A stretch of 64,000 nt of DNA, from NCBI RefSeq assembly GCF_964194155.1, contig NC_135903.1, positions 2,914,001 through 2,978,000 on the forward strand, read 5' to 3'. Origin of the DNA: Cetorhinus maximus (taxonomy: Eukaryota). Positions 23,190-36,656 of the stretch are shown in pieces. Numbering within the stretch: the first letter of the stretch is position 1; each line of letters opens with the position of its first letter. The notes beneath the pieces were generated by a model. It had not been told where the DNA came from, ran no database searches, and worked only from the letters and a program-made list of their open reading frames with translations. A program made the translations under genes and the position numbers.

Positions 23190-25780
23190 TGATTGGTTGC
23201 TAACAGGGAGCAGAGAGTTGGCATAATTGGGTCTTTTTTTGATTGGCAGCATGTGACGAGTGGTGTGCCACAGGGATCAGTGCTGGGGCCTCAACTTTTT
23301 ACAATTTATATAAATGACTTGAATGAAGGGACCGAAGGAACGGTGGCGAGATTTGTTAACGACACAAAGATAGGTAGGAAAGTAAATTGCGAAGAGCACA
23401 TGAGGCTACAAAGTGATATAGATAGGTTGAGTGAGTGGGCACAGATCTGGCAAATGGAATATAATGTGGGAAAATGTGGAATTGTTCATTAAGAATAAAA
23501 AGGAAGATTATCTAAGTGGTGAGAGATTGCAGAGCTCTGAGACTCAGAGGGATCTAGAATGTTATCATTTGTTGTGAGGGGAATTTATTACAAAAGGTTA
23601 TGTTTCAGTTGTACAGGGCAGTGGTGAGACCACGTCTGGGGTATTATGTACAGTACTGGTCTCTTTATTTAAAGAAAGATGTAAATGTGTTAGAAGCAAT
23701 TCAGGGAAGGTTTACTAGACTAATACCAGGAACGGGCAGGTTGTCTTATGAAGAAAGGCTGGACAGGGTAGGCTTGTATCCATTGGAATTTAGAAGAGTT
23801 AGAGGTGACTTAATTGAAACCTTTAAGATCCTGAGAGGTCTTGACAGAGTGGATGTGGAGAGATGTTTCCTCTTGTGGGACAATCTAGAACTAGGGGTCA
23901 CTAAGGGGTGGCTCATTTAAGACAGAGATGAGGGGAATTTTTTTTTCTCTGAGGGTAGTGAGTCTTTGGAACACTTCTTCAAAAGGCAGTGGAAGCAGAG
24001 TCTTTGAATATTTTTAAGGTAGAGCTAGATAGTGTTAGGAAATAGAGATAGTTTAAGTTATATTTGTATTTGTGGGGGTTAAGAATGAGTTTTAGCTTTA
24101 AAGTTTAAGTTTGATTTGTATTTTTGCATTGGTGTGTTAAGAAAGGTCAAATCAAATTTTAGTTTCACTTTAAAAGGGTGCTTGCATTTCTAATGAGGTT
24201 TTTTATGACTGTAAGCTAAGTTAAACAAACAAGGGTAGAAGAGTTGGACTATTGCCTAGCAACAAGGGTCCAGAGAGACAGGTCCCTCCCACAGACAAAC
24301 ACAGGAGAGGAGAAACAGCAGTTAGATTCGGAAGCTGTTGGAGTTCAGCTGGTTTGGAAGACATCTGCCAAACAGAAGCCACCTAGAAGGGGCAGATAGC
24401 CAGCCCCCAAGCTAAAATTGGTTGAAAGTAACTGCCAGGAGAGACTGGAGCAAAGGGGACAGATAGCCAGTCCCAAGCTAAAGACTCCAAAATCCGGGGA
24501 AGTGGAATAGTAGAAAGTCCAAAGAAAACCTTTTATCAAAGGAAGGAGAGGAATCTGTAAAAGGTCCTGTGAAATTCTGATGAGCAGAGAGAAAGGCTCC
24601 AAATTTCAGATTTAAAGAGACAAAAGCTGCAGAAAGCAGATTTAAAGGGAGAACAGCTTGCAAGATGCAAGAAGGTCCAAAGAGACAACTGTAGGTCTGT
24701 AACTCTTTGCTATGGGGATGTGAAGCATTGGTGTACTGTTGACAGCTCAGTCAGTGAAAGTGTGCTTGGGAGACAGCTTGAATGCATATGGTGACCCAGG
24801 GAAGAGGAACATCAGAAAGAGAGTTTGAAACTCTGGAGGTGAACCCTTGTGGAAGGAGTCAGAGAAATTGGCAGTTTGGAAGAAGATTCTAAGGCGAGGT
24901 CTTAAGAGTGGCGATGGGAAACCCTTGTTTGAAAGACGGAGTGCAGACAGACGGGTTGGATCACGGTGTGACAAGCATCTGGGGGGAGTTGCAGAGAGAT
25001 CCATAGCATCTGGTTGAGGTGGCATCTGTCACTTGATTTCGAGTGTGGGTGTCTGAAAACAGGGTGCCTATTGGTTTACATGGGCTATGTACTTACTGTG
25101 AACATTAAAGGCATAAGATAGCTTTTGTAAATTGTGTTATCTTTACAAATCTGTATTTATCTGTAAAGGTATAGGTGTGGGTGAAGGAATATTGTAATAT
25201 AGTTCATCTTTTCTTGTTGAATAAGTGTTTTATTCTTTTGTTAAAAGTTCATCAGCTGACTCCTGTGACTCTGTTCAGTAGCTACTCTCACATATCTAAA
25301 CAAAATTAAAGTTAGGATCTATCAAACTGGGTTCATAAGAACATAAGAAATAGGAACAGAAGCAGACCATTCGGCCCTTCGAGCCTGCTCTGCCATTCAA
25401 TATCATGGCTGATCTTCTTGTGTTCCGATTTCCACATTCCCATCTAACCCCAATAACCTTTGATTCCCTTGCCTAACAAGAATCTATCTACCTCTGCTTT
25501 AAAAATATTCAATGATCCCGCCTCCACCACCTTCTGAAGCAGAGAATTCCAAAGTCGCACAACCCTTGGAGAAAAAATTCCACTCTGGGATCAGGCTTGT
25601 CCAGGGGTAACTTCAGCTAGCATCATAACAATAGATTCTCGATTAACAAGGGGGTGGAAGGTTATCAGGGGTAGGCAGGAATGTGGGGTTGAGGTTACAT
25701 TCAGATCAGCCATGATCTTAATGAATGGTGGAGCAGGCTCGAGGGGCTGAATGGCCTACTCCTGCTCCTAATTCTTTTGT
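23190..25780 (+). mobile_element. CR1 LINE 3' part (RT), split by a solo LTR
   Basis: SGVPQGSVLGPQLFTIYINDL...FVNDTK; LYRAVVRPRLGY...RRVRGDLIETFKI; tail at 25635-25780. Confidence 0.88.
24033..25630 (+). mobile_element. Solo LTR with 4-bp TSD ATAG (contains a CR1 tail insert ~25335-25580)
   Basis: TGTTAG...ATAACA termini. ATAG at 24029-24032 and 25631-25634. The host CR1 rejoins across it. Orientation is inferred. Confidence 0.82.
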
Positions 25781-26142
25781 TCATACGTATGAAGCACCTC
25801 GGGATGCCCCAAGAGCGTTTTTGAGGACAGTGAATGGTAACGACTTGATGAGGAGGTAGGAGCTGGTAAATGGTGAAGTATTCAGAAGAGGAAAACATGC
25901 CAGAGGAAAGAGGTGATGGGGTGTGGAGAAGAGTCAAATCAAATCCTGGCCATTACATCATTATAGGGAACATCCATCATTTCCCCATCTTTCAAGATAG
26001 AAATTATCCCTTAACGCAGTTTTTAAAAAACGTGTTAATGCCTCTCCCATATAAAGAACACTCACGGTCATAACGTTATGATGCTAGTGCAAGCCACTTC
26101 AAATTGGCCAAGCAGAAAATGGAAGCATCAAGCAGAACTTAC

Positions 26143-26849
26143 CGCGGAGTTCTCGTGGTTGTACATACTGTGGTTGACTGCTCGCCGTCCAGTTTTTCCC
26201 TGATAAATTAATCTGGGTCATCTCATGCTCTAGCCCAGTCATAGTGGGGTCTACAGGTGGAGTCTCCCAGGAGCCTGTCTTTGGTACTGGAGGAGGGACA
26301 GGTTGAACAGGGATCTGCTGAGCTGGAGCAGCCAAACCTGGTACAGAACTGTCCTCCACTGCCTGTGGCTTTCCTACTTCAGTGACCTTGTTCCTGGTCC
26401 TACGAATACGAGAATAGGATTTCTTTTCTATCATCTTTTCCTGTACCTGTGGCACAGTCTCAGCAGGGAGAGACTGATTTTGTATGGGGGCATCCTCTCT
26501 TGCCACACCATTGTTCTTCACTGGCTGTATGCTGTCTGTCACAATCACACTCTCCCTCAAATGACTCTGCTCAACATTCTTCACATCCATTTTATTTTCA
26601 CTGATGGATAATTCTCCGGAAGAGTGATAACTCTTTGAACTATTTACTTCAGCTGGTTTCATATTATTACGGTCTTCATTATAAGCAGCATTTTTGGAGT
26701 AGCTCTTTGCTGGAGATCTCCGCTCCGGGCCTCCCATTTTTCGGTTAAAAGTTCTTGCAGAAGGGACACTATTGCCAAGCTTCCGCATGTAAGGCCTTGG
26801 TGGTGGTTCATCCATCCAATCAGGGTCTCGATTTTGAGGACTTCTAAAC
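26143..26849 (-). CDS. CASC3: CASC3 exon 7
   Basis: FRSPQNRDPDW...IEKKSYSRIRRTR...GSWETPPVD...QPRELR; 707 nt; phase 2 to 1. Confidence 0.93.
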
Positions 26850-27962
26850 CTTTAAAAAGAAACAGATTTATATCCAAGGATCAAGGTGACAGCAAGTTAA
26901 CGTTTTAAGATATGTATGTTACTATCAATTGCAGCCAACTGTGAAGGCAAGCATGTTGTCCCAATCCACAATGGTCATTGAAACTAACAGAAAACATCAA
27001 GGAAATTTTTACATCTATCATGCAAAAGTCTTGGATTTGTTCTATGTGCAAGGGTCACACTTGCTTCTGTTCACACAACTTTTGGCATGTTGAGGACTGC
27101 CTCTTGCCTCTACTTGCTTCTTATTCAGTCTCATTTCTTGGTCTCCAAGGTAGGTAGTGCAGTTAGTTACTCACCCATGAGAACTCCTAGGTCCATCCCC
27201 AACAAAGATGAAATTCTGGGCACCTAGCTGGATTTTACAGTCTTGGAGATATGCTTTCCTAAGTAATTTTTATTCTCAAATTCTTCTAAGTCAGAATTAA
27301 TCTCTGCCTTCCGCCCATTTGCACTTCCACCATGCCCTCCTGCTACCATTTCTGCATCAGAGGCAGGTGGAGTTTCTCAGCTGTCTCAGAAATCAGCAAC
27401 CTGCCCATCTCCCCATTACCAGCTTTCATACTCGCAGGATTTCACCTCCCAGTGTTGCCTGGCTGTAGTAATTGCCTTTTAGATTTTGCCGGAACCCAGA
27501 AGCAAATGCTGACGGACTCCAGTGCTTCTTTCTTGTGCTGCCAAAGCCCAGGTACCTCATCTCATCACAGGCCGACACCAATTCCTCCCAAAGGTCATTC
27601 CAGCCTTAGGAGTTCCTCTCGGATTACCAAACTAGAGATCTCCCACCCAGCATTACAGTAGCTTAGGGCCCTTCCCTTAATGCTACCAAGCCTCCATGAA
27701 CTTTCTGGCCCACCTCCCAATGATGCAAAGCCCCCAGCTTCCCCTACCATAGTTGCAGGGTGAGAAAGGAGGGGTGGGGGCTAGAGAGCCAAGGGGGCAG
27801 CAGTAAGAGAATGGCGGTTGAGGGTATATCTGTACATGTACATAAATTAAAATCGAGGTGCTTTGAGAAAAAGAAATTGTGAGGGACTAGAGCTGTACTG
27901 TTCGCATACTTATAATTCCATCAATGCGCTGAAAACTCAATGATTCCTGAAATTCTTCAAAC

Positions 27963-28139
27963 CTTGGCTTTCTTATCCTTCGCGGCCTTATTTCATCAGG
28001 GTTTCTGTCTGATCGAATGTCATAACCATACAGGGAAATTAGTTCATCTCGAGATTTAGGTGCTTGCTCATCTTCTTGGAACTTATCGTGCACCCATCGC
28101 CCTTCATCTTTCCAGAGCTTCCGTTGGCGGACTTTGGGT
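27963..28139 (-). CDS. CASC3: CASC3 exon 6 (SELOR/Btz domain)
   Basis: PKVRQRKLWKDEGRWVHDKFQEDEQAPKSRDELISLYGYDIR; 177 nt. Confidence 0.97.
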
Positions 28140-29479
28140 CTGTAAACAGGAAAACAAAAATCACACTGACCAGTTCAGAACAAATTAGGGTTTTTACAAC
28201 CACATCAATTAATGTTAAAACACAAACAGACCAGCATGAATACACATATGGGGTACAACCCGCACATCTTTCATACATCTTGATCTGCACCTGTGGGATG
28301 GAAATACTGCAGGATTCAATCCTAAATTTCGCATTCATGGCACGGCATACTGGGTCTCAAATAGTAGCTAACAAAACTCAAATGTGGGGGTAAAAACCCA
28401 CTGGGTCATTACTGCAAAAAATTAAAAGCAAATGTTTTCAACTACACAATGTAGATGGAGGCGGCGTGTATTCAACCCACTGCAGTAAGCTTGGGTCTGC
28501 ACTAGAATGTAAATAAAAGCTGACCCATCAGACCTTGCATTACCTTTAATGAAGTATCAATGAGGAACATGGAATAGCCCAATACTAAATGTCTTTAGTG
28601 ACAGGAACAGCCGCACCCCTTTTTGGCCTTTGGAATGGCAGTTTAGGTGGGGGATTAGGGGAGCAGGGGGTATGGTGAAAGAGAGAGAAAACGACAAACT
28701 GTTGTAGAGCAAGAAATATTGACGCCAGCCTGTCTTGTTTTCCATTTTGTTTCTGCACTTTTATTATTAAAATTGAGCCACCGTCACAGTAAATAATGTG
28801 TGTGCAAATATCTGCACTTACTGTGTACAGCTTGATTTACTGAAAAGAACCAATTTTGCAATTAAAAATATGAGTGATAAATCAATTGCCCCAGACAATA
28901 TTCATGCTTTGTTTGACATTGGTTTGGTGCAAAAGTAAGAAGCCAAGAAAACATTTTATTATGCCCACTCTGACAAAAATTAAACATGAAGATAATTAAA
29001 CATTAATGGCAATGTGCTTGGGCAGTTGATTTCTACACAAGACTGATTACAGATCAATCACAAAATAGCAACTGGTATGAATAGGTACAAGAAAGCTATT
29101 TAAAAATTAAAACTAAAACTTCAAAGCTAAAAGTGTCAGCCATGGCTCAATGGGTAGCACTGAGTCACATGGTTCTGGTTTCAAGCAGGTTCAAATTGGT
29201 TGCTGTGTTTCCTACATTACAACAGTGTACATACTTCAAAGTACTTCATTAGTTGTAAAGCGCTTTGAGACATCTGGCGGTCATGAAATGCTATGTAAGT
29301 CTCTTTCATTAACTAATATAATTACAGGGCTTGGATGATTGCTTATGTTTCCATCTAAACATGCCAAATATAATTTTAAATATTCCTGCATGCCCATCAT
29401 TCCCTAGCACTGAAACGGCTTCACGTCATAAATTACATCTTCATACGGTGACATTGGTGCATTTCCCCTATTCCTGACC

Positions 29480-30830
29480 TCTTCACAGCCTTTGACATGG
29501 TCAACTAATCACAGAATCACAGTGCAGAAGAGGACTTTCGGCTCATCGAGTCTGCACCGACACGTGAGAAACACCTGACCTACCTACCAAATCCCCTTTA
29601 CCAGCACTTGGCCCATAGCCTTGAATGTTATGACGTGCCAAGTGCTCATCCAGGTACTTTTTAAAGGATGTAAGGCAACCCACCTCCACCACCCTCCCAG
29701 GCAGTGCATTCCAGACTGTCACCACCCTCTGGGTAAAAAAAGTTTTTCCTATATCATCCTCCGCTGATACCTTACCTGCGATTTCCATCTCAATGGGACT
29801 GCCATTGCTTTCTTCCACTCAACTAGCCAGAGCATCCTCAGGAAGCTTCTCTTCCTGCCTTGTTACCCCTAGGGCCCATTCCTGGCCCCTTCCTCTTCCT
29901 CATCTCCATGCTGCCCTCTATCATCCAAAGGCATGGGATTAGCTTTTCCATGCGTTCTCTGACGATATCTGACTCGACCCCTCTGCTACCTGTGATGCCA
30001 CCCATCATTTGGCATCTAGCATAGGATGAGCTCCAATTTCCTCCAGAAAAACTGTGGAAAAACCAACCCCATCATCTTTGGGCCCACATCATAAGCTGTT
30101 GAGCCATGTCACTGATTCCAGCCCCTTCCCCAAGCACCGTCTCAGTTTGAGCCAAACTGTGTGCAACCTCATTGTCCTATTCAACCCTTGCTAAGCTTCT
30201 GGCCCCATATCCTCTTCATCATAAAGACTGTTTACGTGCAGTTCTATGACATCACCTGCCTCCACCCATCTACTCCTGAAGCTCTCATTCATGTCCTGGT
30301 CGCCTCCAACTACAGTATTCTAACGCCCTTTGGCTGGCCTCTCATTGTCCAGGCTGTGTCAACTTCAACTCGTCCAAAACTTTGCTACCTGAATCCAGCC
30401 CCACACCAAGTCCTGCTCAACCAATGCGACTATTCATGCTGACCTACACTAGCTCCTGGTCCACTAACCCCTCAATTTCAAATTCTCGTGTTTAATAAAT
30501 CCCTTCATTCGCTTCCTCCTCTGCCCCCAGAACATTCTGTTCCTCTGCCTCTGGCCTCGTATCCCTGCCTTTACTTTGGCCCATTACTGGCACCATGTCT
30601 TCAGCTGTCTAGGCCCCATGCTCTGGAATTTCCCCATTAACCCCCATTCCCCTCCCTTGCCCTTCCTCTCCCTTCCAAGACTTTCCTTAAAACCCACCTT
30701 TTGACTAAACTTCTAGACTAAACTGTAGGCTATATCTGCTTCTTTTATTTAAAATTTATTATTAACCAATTACCCCTCTGTGAAGCACCTTGGAAAGTTT
30801 TTTTTACCTTAAGGCACTGTATAAGTATAT
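29480..30830 (+). mobile_element. Highly degenerate L2-type LINE with a CR1 tail (~29505-29750, minus) inserted
   Basis: Similar to the reverse complement of 1-1200. The insert encodes FFTQRVVTVWNALPGRVVE. Confidence 0.6.
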
Positions 30831-31131
30831 GCAGTCATTGGCCATTCTGTAATCAAGAATTTTACAGGAAACAGCTTATTAAATGTCAATCCTTTGGTTG
30901 GTATGTACTTACTGGAAGGCACATAGCTAAATTAAACATTTGCCTTTTTCAAAAAGAGGCATGATTCTACTACAGTTTTAGTTACAGAGGGTAACACACT
31001 CACCTCATGAATGGCCCCCTCTCCTGAAGTGATTTGGTTACCTGAACATTACAACAATAATCTAAGGTTTTTAATTTTTCCAGTATATTTAAAGCTCAGG
31101 CTTAAAAATAGGAATACAATCCATTACAAAC

Positions 31132-31283
31132 CTCACTTCCTCAGGTTCAGTGTGTCCTCGGAGATCATGTTCAAAGAAGAGTCCTTTCCGTGGGATGTAA
31201 GCAGGGTTTTTTCTATCCTCATCATCGTCCAGTTGCCGCCTATTCTTTTTACCTATTTTATTTTCAATAGGTTCTGTACTTTC
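31132..31283 (-). CDS. CASC3: CASC3 exon 5 (SELOR/Btz domain)
   Basis: ESTEPIENKIGKKNRRQLDDDEDRKNPAYIPRKGLFFEHDLRG; 152 nt. Confidence 0.97.
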
Positions 31284-32359
31284 CTGCAGGGAAAAAAAGA
31301 GGAAAGGTTAAAGGTCTCGGCACAAAAAGCAACAATCTACAGGACAACAATCTACAGGACAGGAATTAAGCAGCCTTCATCTATATTGACTTTAAAAAGG
31401 ATATAGCACCAACCAGTTTCTGTAACTTGGCTAAATGATGTCATTCTGAGTAAGGACTGTTCTTAAAAATCTTATTAACATTCCTTTCTCCTAAAACCAT
31501 TGATTTCCTGCTAGAGATAATAGTCCCATAGATAGCTCACACGAGTTGGCAGTTTTGTGTAAAGTCTGACGTCTGCCCGCTGGCTATACTAACGCAAGCA
31601 TCATAGTCCAGCCTAACATTGTCCTAGCCGGATGCTCTTTCACACATACACTTTCACCAGCAGTCAACAGCTAGAGATGAGAAGCAGGAACCCTAGCCAA
31701 TTTTCTCTTTACTAACTCAGAGACACTGAGCTCTTGTAGCACTCTGTGTGAGATTAGCTAACTCAGTATAGGCTAGAATTGTACCTGGGTCTTCCCGAAC
31801 CAAATGCTTCAATTGAGCCTTTGGAGAGCACACTTTACACAGAGGGCATTTCTACTCTTCTACATCAACATTTCCATGTAAAACGGACATGACACTCTTG
31901 AAGATGTGCTAAAAATGGATCTTCCCAAAGCTGCTCGAGTCCAGCAATTTAACATTGAGCTTCCAGCTGTACAACTCAGCAGTTACCTCAAGATAGCAAT
32001 CAAGAAGCACCCGATTTTTTTCCCCACCTCTTTTGAATTCCATTACAAAATTTACAGGTCATTCTTTTCTTCTTCCTGCCCTTGAAATTCTGTAGAAAGG
32101 GATGACAGCCTTCAGATTAATTTGTAAACATTGGTCAGAATGAGAATTAATCAAGAAACTCCTGGGGGGTCCCACAGTTTGTCACCTTTCATCTCATTTT
32201 TATAATTGGAAAAAGCCACATGAACCAACAAACTCATACCTTACTAACTGGGCTCCATTTAGTCTAGTCTTTCCATTATATCTATCATCTTGCTTCTCTT
32301 TCAAAGATGATGCGTATAGCTCTCTGTGTTTGTGTTTAGCACTTTGCATTGCAGTTAAC

Positions 32360-32720
32360 TTGGTTCAGCAAGTAGCACTTTTACCTTAGAGTCAGAAGCT
32401 TGCAGCTTTACTCCAAGAATTGAACACACAAACTAAGCTAACAACTCAGTACAGTGCTGCGTTGTCAGAGGTGAAACATTAAAACTAAGGTCCTTCTACA
32501 TGTTCCAGTGGATTTTAAAGATTCTATGTCTCTTTTCAGAAAGAAGTTCTCCTAGAATATTGGACAACATTATTCCCTCACGCAAAGGCATCAAAAACAA
32601 ATCAACTAGTCAAATGATTTGTGTTTGCCTACATAAGTCATGACAGTGCAAAATAATCCCTGGTTGTGAAGTATTTGGCATATTTCCAAGAAAAGTGAAG
32701 TGGTGCAATAAAAATGCAAG
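32360..32720 (+). mobile_element. Degenerate Deu-type SINE
   Basis: TGGTTCAGCAAGTAGCAC head and ATAAAAATGCAAG tail, resembling the 1600-2030 copy. Confidence 0.5.
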
Positions 32721-32894
32721 TTTTGAATTATTTTATTGATGTACACCTCTGCTTCTGTGTCATTCTACATCTCTCTCCACTCTTCCGGTGTACATTGTTA
32801 CCACTAATAAATTCCTCCAATTCTATTAGGCTTATTAAAGATTCAAACCTGCTCCCTGTCCATATCAGAACAAAACTGCAGCAGTTTCTGTTAC

Positions 32895-33047
32895 CTGTCC
32901 ATCGCCACTCTGTCTTTCTCCAGTAATCTCTCCTTTCTCTTCAGGTTTTCCTTCTTTGGACGATTCATCTTCTTTCCCTTCAATGCCTGATTTTACTTCC
33001 TCCTTTGGAACTTCCTCTTCACTATATTCGCCTTCCTCTTCATCCCC
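32895..33047 (-). CDS. CASC3: CASC3 exon 4
   Basis: GDEEEGEYSEEE...ITGERQSGDGQ; 153 nt. Confidence 0.95.
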
Positions 33048-35819
33048 CTGCAAACAAAGATTTTTTAAGCATTAGTAACCGAGGACACATCTCAACCAAT
33101 TCAAATCAAACATTTTATATAATCATGGCAAATTAACATTTTTTTAAAACTGAAGTTAACACCCTCACTACCTCCCTCCAACACCTACGTGAACATCAAC
33201 ACCCATTTGAATACTGATCTATCTTCAGTTGACAGGAATCATACTTGCACTGCATCACCACCCCCACCACTCCCCCAAAAAAATCAGAACAGATCTACTT
33301 ACTCTCTTTCCAACAGATGTATTGATATTTTAGGACCATTTCAAAAACCGGTAATTACCCAAAACTTCTTATGCAGAAACGCCATTTTTATTCCATATCA
33401 TTGGAACATTAACTACAACTGTGCATCTGCATTTTAATCAAGTCATAACCAATGTTTTTAGCTGCTTTGCCTTCCCTCCCCTCGAACTTTGAGGGTAGGT
33501 ATTTAACTAGCTAGTAAGCAAAAAAACCTTGGCCTCATAAGCTGGTTTGCTCAGTTTGACAGCAATAAGATTGCAACCTGGCTGCTGATGGATAAGTTTA
33601 TAGTGCTGGAGGAATGACTGTGCTGCTGACAAACAAACAGTGCGGCCTTAAAACAATGATAAACAGAATAGTGCTGCTAGATAAATAGGCTACATGCTCT
33701 GAAATTACCTCATCAAATAGATGTTGGGGCAAAAGTGGATAGTCCTGGCAGGACTGCTGGGTCAGCTACTTTTTTTGCAGTTGGCCTTGCCCACCTCGCA
33801 CATTTGTACCATAAAAATACAGAAACCCACTAAATAAAATTGTGAATACTGCTAACTCTCTGCCAATTGCATTAACCAAGTTAACGTGGATCTTTATTTA
33901 CAATACACTAATGTATTAATTATATTCCAAGCATAAAAATAATTATTAAAATATACATGCTTAAAGGACAATGTCATTAGAAAATACTGAGTGCAGGAAT
34001 ACTGCGGGGTAACTGCCTTCAAAGAATACCATTTTACTTGCACAATACAATGTGATATGATCAGATGAATATCATGTGTGCTCATCATTGTCTAGTTCCC
34101 CATCATCCTTAAACCAGAAAAGGCTGTGGCACTTTATTCTCCCTTCTCCACCACCCCACCCCAAACCCACCCACCTCCCCCAACTACTCCCCTTTTCCTC
34201 AGTCTTGACTTGCACTGGTTTCTATCCAGCCACCACCCCCTCCTCCTCTCAATGGTCACTGTTCATGTGTGAACCAGAACAGTGAACAGGCAACATAACT
34301 GAGGAGTGGTGTATCTCAGCCTGGCCATCCTACTGCAGCAGCAGGACTTCTGGCTAACTTTCGCCTCCATAAAACGTGGGCTGTAGTATAACAACATCAA
34401 TCTGCAAATACCTCACCAAGGAAACAGCAATACAGGAATGTGTGTGTTGGGAACAACAGAGATTTCACAGTATTCCAGAATTTGTTTTATGTTTGAGTTG
34501 GTTTTTTTAATAGAGTTTTATATCTGATTAGAAGCCAGCAAACAATATAGCTAAACATTCAAGCTGTACATACAACTGACAAGATCCTAATTTAAGATAT
34601 AATACACTGCTTTTATTGTTCTTCTGTTCAATAGTAAGTCAGCATTTTTCCTTCCTCCTCCCCATCAGTCTCTGAACACATGCCCAGTTACATCTGCATA
34701 GTTAAGGCTCATAGAATATGGACATGCAGCAAAATTTGAGATGCTTTTAAGTATAAAATGTATCTGTTGTGAAATTTTCCATCACATATTAGCTCAAGTC
34801 ATATTATGCTGTTACAAATTGCATCTGCCTGCTATTTTAGCTAAGGATAATTCCCCTACCACCTCTAAAGAGTAGTCATCCAGAACCACCATTTCTGACA
34901 CTCAGGTCATTGTTTTGAGTGCATATATTCCCTTGTACACATTTGATTGATTTAACATTATATTTAGACTAAAAATTGTACTCTACACAACTCTTACAGA
35001 TAAAAACCTAAAAATATACAGTATAAAAACTGTTGGAGCTATTTTTATATATACAAACATTGGGAGGAATAATCAAATCCAAGTTGCTGATCATACTTCC
35101 GATTGCCAAACGAAATAAGAATCAAGAGCAGAACAAGTTAGATCTTGCAAAAAGATCAAAGGGAAGTGCAGCTGAGATGCTGCATGGAAGCAAGCCAAAA
35201 TGAACTTGAAGAGATGAGACAGACAAGCTCATCAAAAAAGACGCGAAAGAAGCCAAAACAACAGCAGAGACCACTCGGGAGACATCAGACAAAACAGGCT
35301 GCCCAGGACTAGGAGAAAGGAAGCAGGCTCAAGGGAGCCGGATTGAGAGACAATTTCTCACCAAGGGAAGGAAAGACAGAAAGAAGCTCGGATGAGAAGC
35401 AGGGCTCAGGAACAGGAGCTGTAGCGTAGAGCCAGGAGAGAAGGGAGAGAAGAGTGCACGTGCAGAGTGCAATCAATTGGTGGAAGGCCACAAAGAGCAA
35501 ATGCACCATAGGACTACTCTTAACTTCTGCCACTCACGCCAACACACAAAAATAATGGAAACCAAAAAGAAACGTGAAAATTTGGCAACCGGTAGTACTT
35601 GCCATTAAATGAGAATGGTAACATCCATATTACCAGCATAGGAATGACGAGGTACAGTACTGTACCTTTGCCACAGCAACAGTACTCTGCCTTGCTATTG
35701 GCAGCACATGTATAATATTCACAGAATACCACCTGCCCACTACCAGCAGAGGAATGGTACAATGTTATCCCTTTTCGTACACAGCTCCAGGCTTTGAAGT
35801 TATCAATTGCTGGACTTAC

Positions 35820-35872
35820 AGATTTCTGAGAACCATTCTCTTCAGCGCTTTCATAGTCTGAAAGCACAACAG
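35820..35872 (-). CDS. CASC3: CASC3 exon 3
   Basis: (A)VVLSDYESAEENGSQKS; 53 nt; donor GTAAGT. Confidence 0.9.
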
Positions 35873-36628
35873 CTGAAATCAAAGAACAAAAATTAGCAAA
35901 TTTGTAATCAAAGTAAAGTACTGCAACACATTACAACAGTACCAAGGAAATGAACACAGAACCAATCATTGATTTTTTATTTAAGCCAACAGCCTCCTCA
36001 TCAACCAGAAAACATAATTAGATAGATTTATCTGGTGGTTCAATAGATAAATATACTGTCTGCTGTGTGACTAATAGCCCCTGATTCAATTCCTGACCTG
36101 TGCTGGGTTTGCAGTTTGCAACAATACAGTTATTGGAGGAGGAGGAAATGAAAGGCACAGCATCACTAGACTTGGTGCTGCAGTACGAGAGGGTGAGGGC
36201 ATGGGGAAGCAACGAGGGCTCCAGTCTCTATAGGCTGGCAGTGGAGGGGGGTGGTGATAGGAAGAAGCAGGCGGTGCTGATCGCTACACAATGCTTTCTG
36301 CTGCAAAATGCTGTGAATGTCGGTTGAGGACACAATCAGATTGTGTTGCAAGACCCTACAATGGTAAAGCTACCTGCCAACATTCATTGCCACTGTCTGT
36401 GGGACCATATCCCAGCATTAGTCAGTGTGTCTGGACAGGTAGGGTAAAGGCTTGCCTTTCATCTGCATAAAAAGGTAAATTATCTGCAAACTGAGTCTCA
36501 CTTAATTAGGAGAATTGCTTTTCAAATTAGACAGGGGACAAGAAGGTAGCACCTGAAGTGATGCCCTAATATGTTGTAATGAATTCTGGCTGAAACCAAT
36601 AAAGCTTGTGTATAGCCATGGTACTTAC

Positions 36629-36656
36629 CATCACCTTCTATGCCATCTTCACTCTC
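36629..36656 (-). CDS. CASC3: CASC3 exon 2 (28-nt micro-exon)
   Basis: ESEDGIEGD; TTTCACAG acceptor and GTAAGT donor. Confidence 0.9.
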
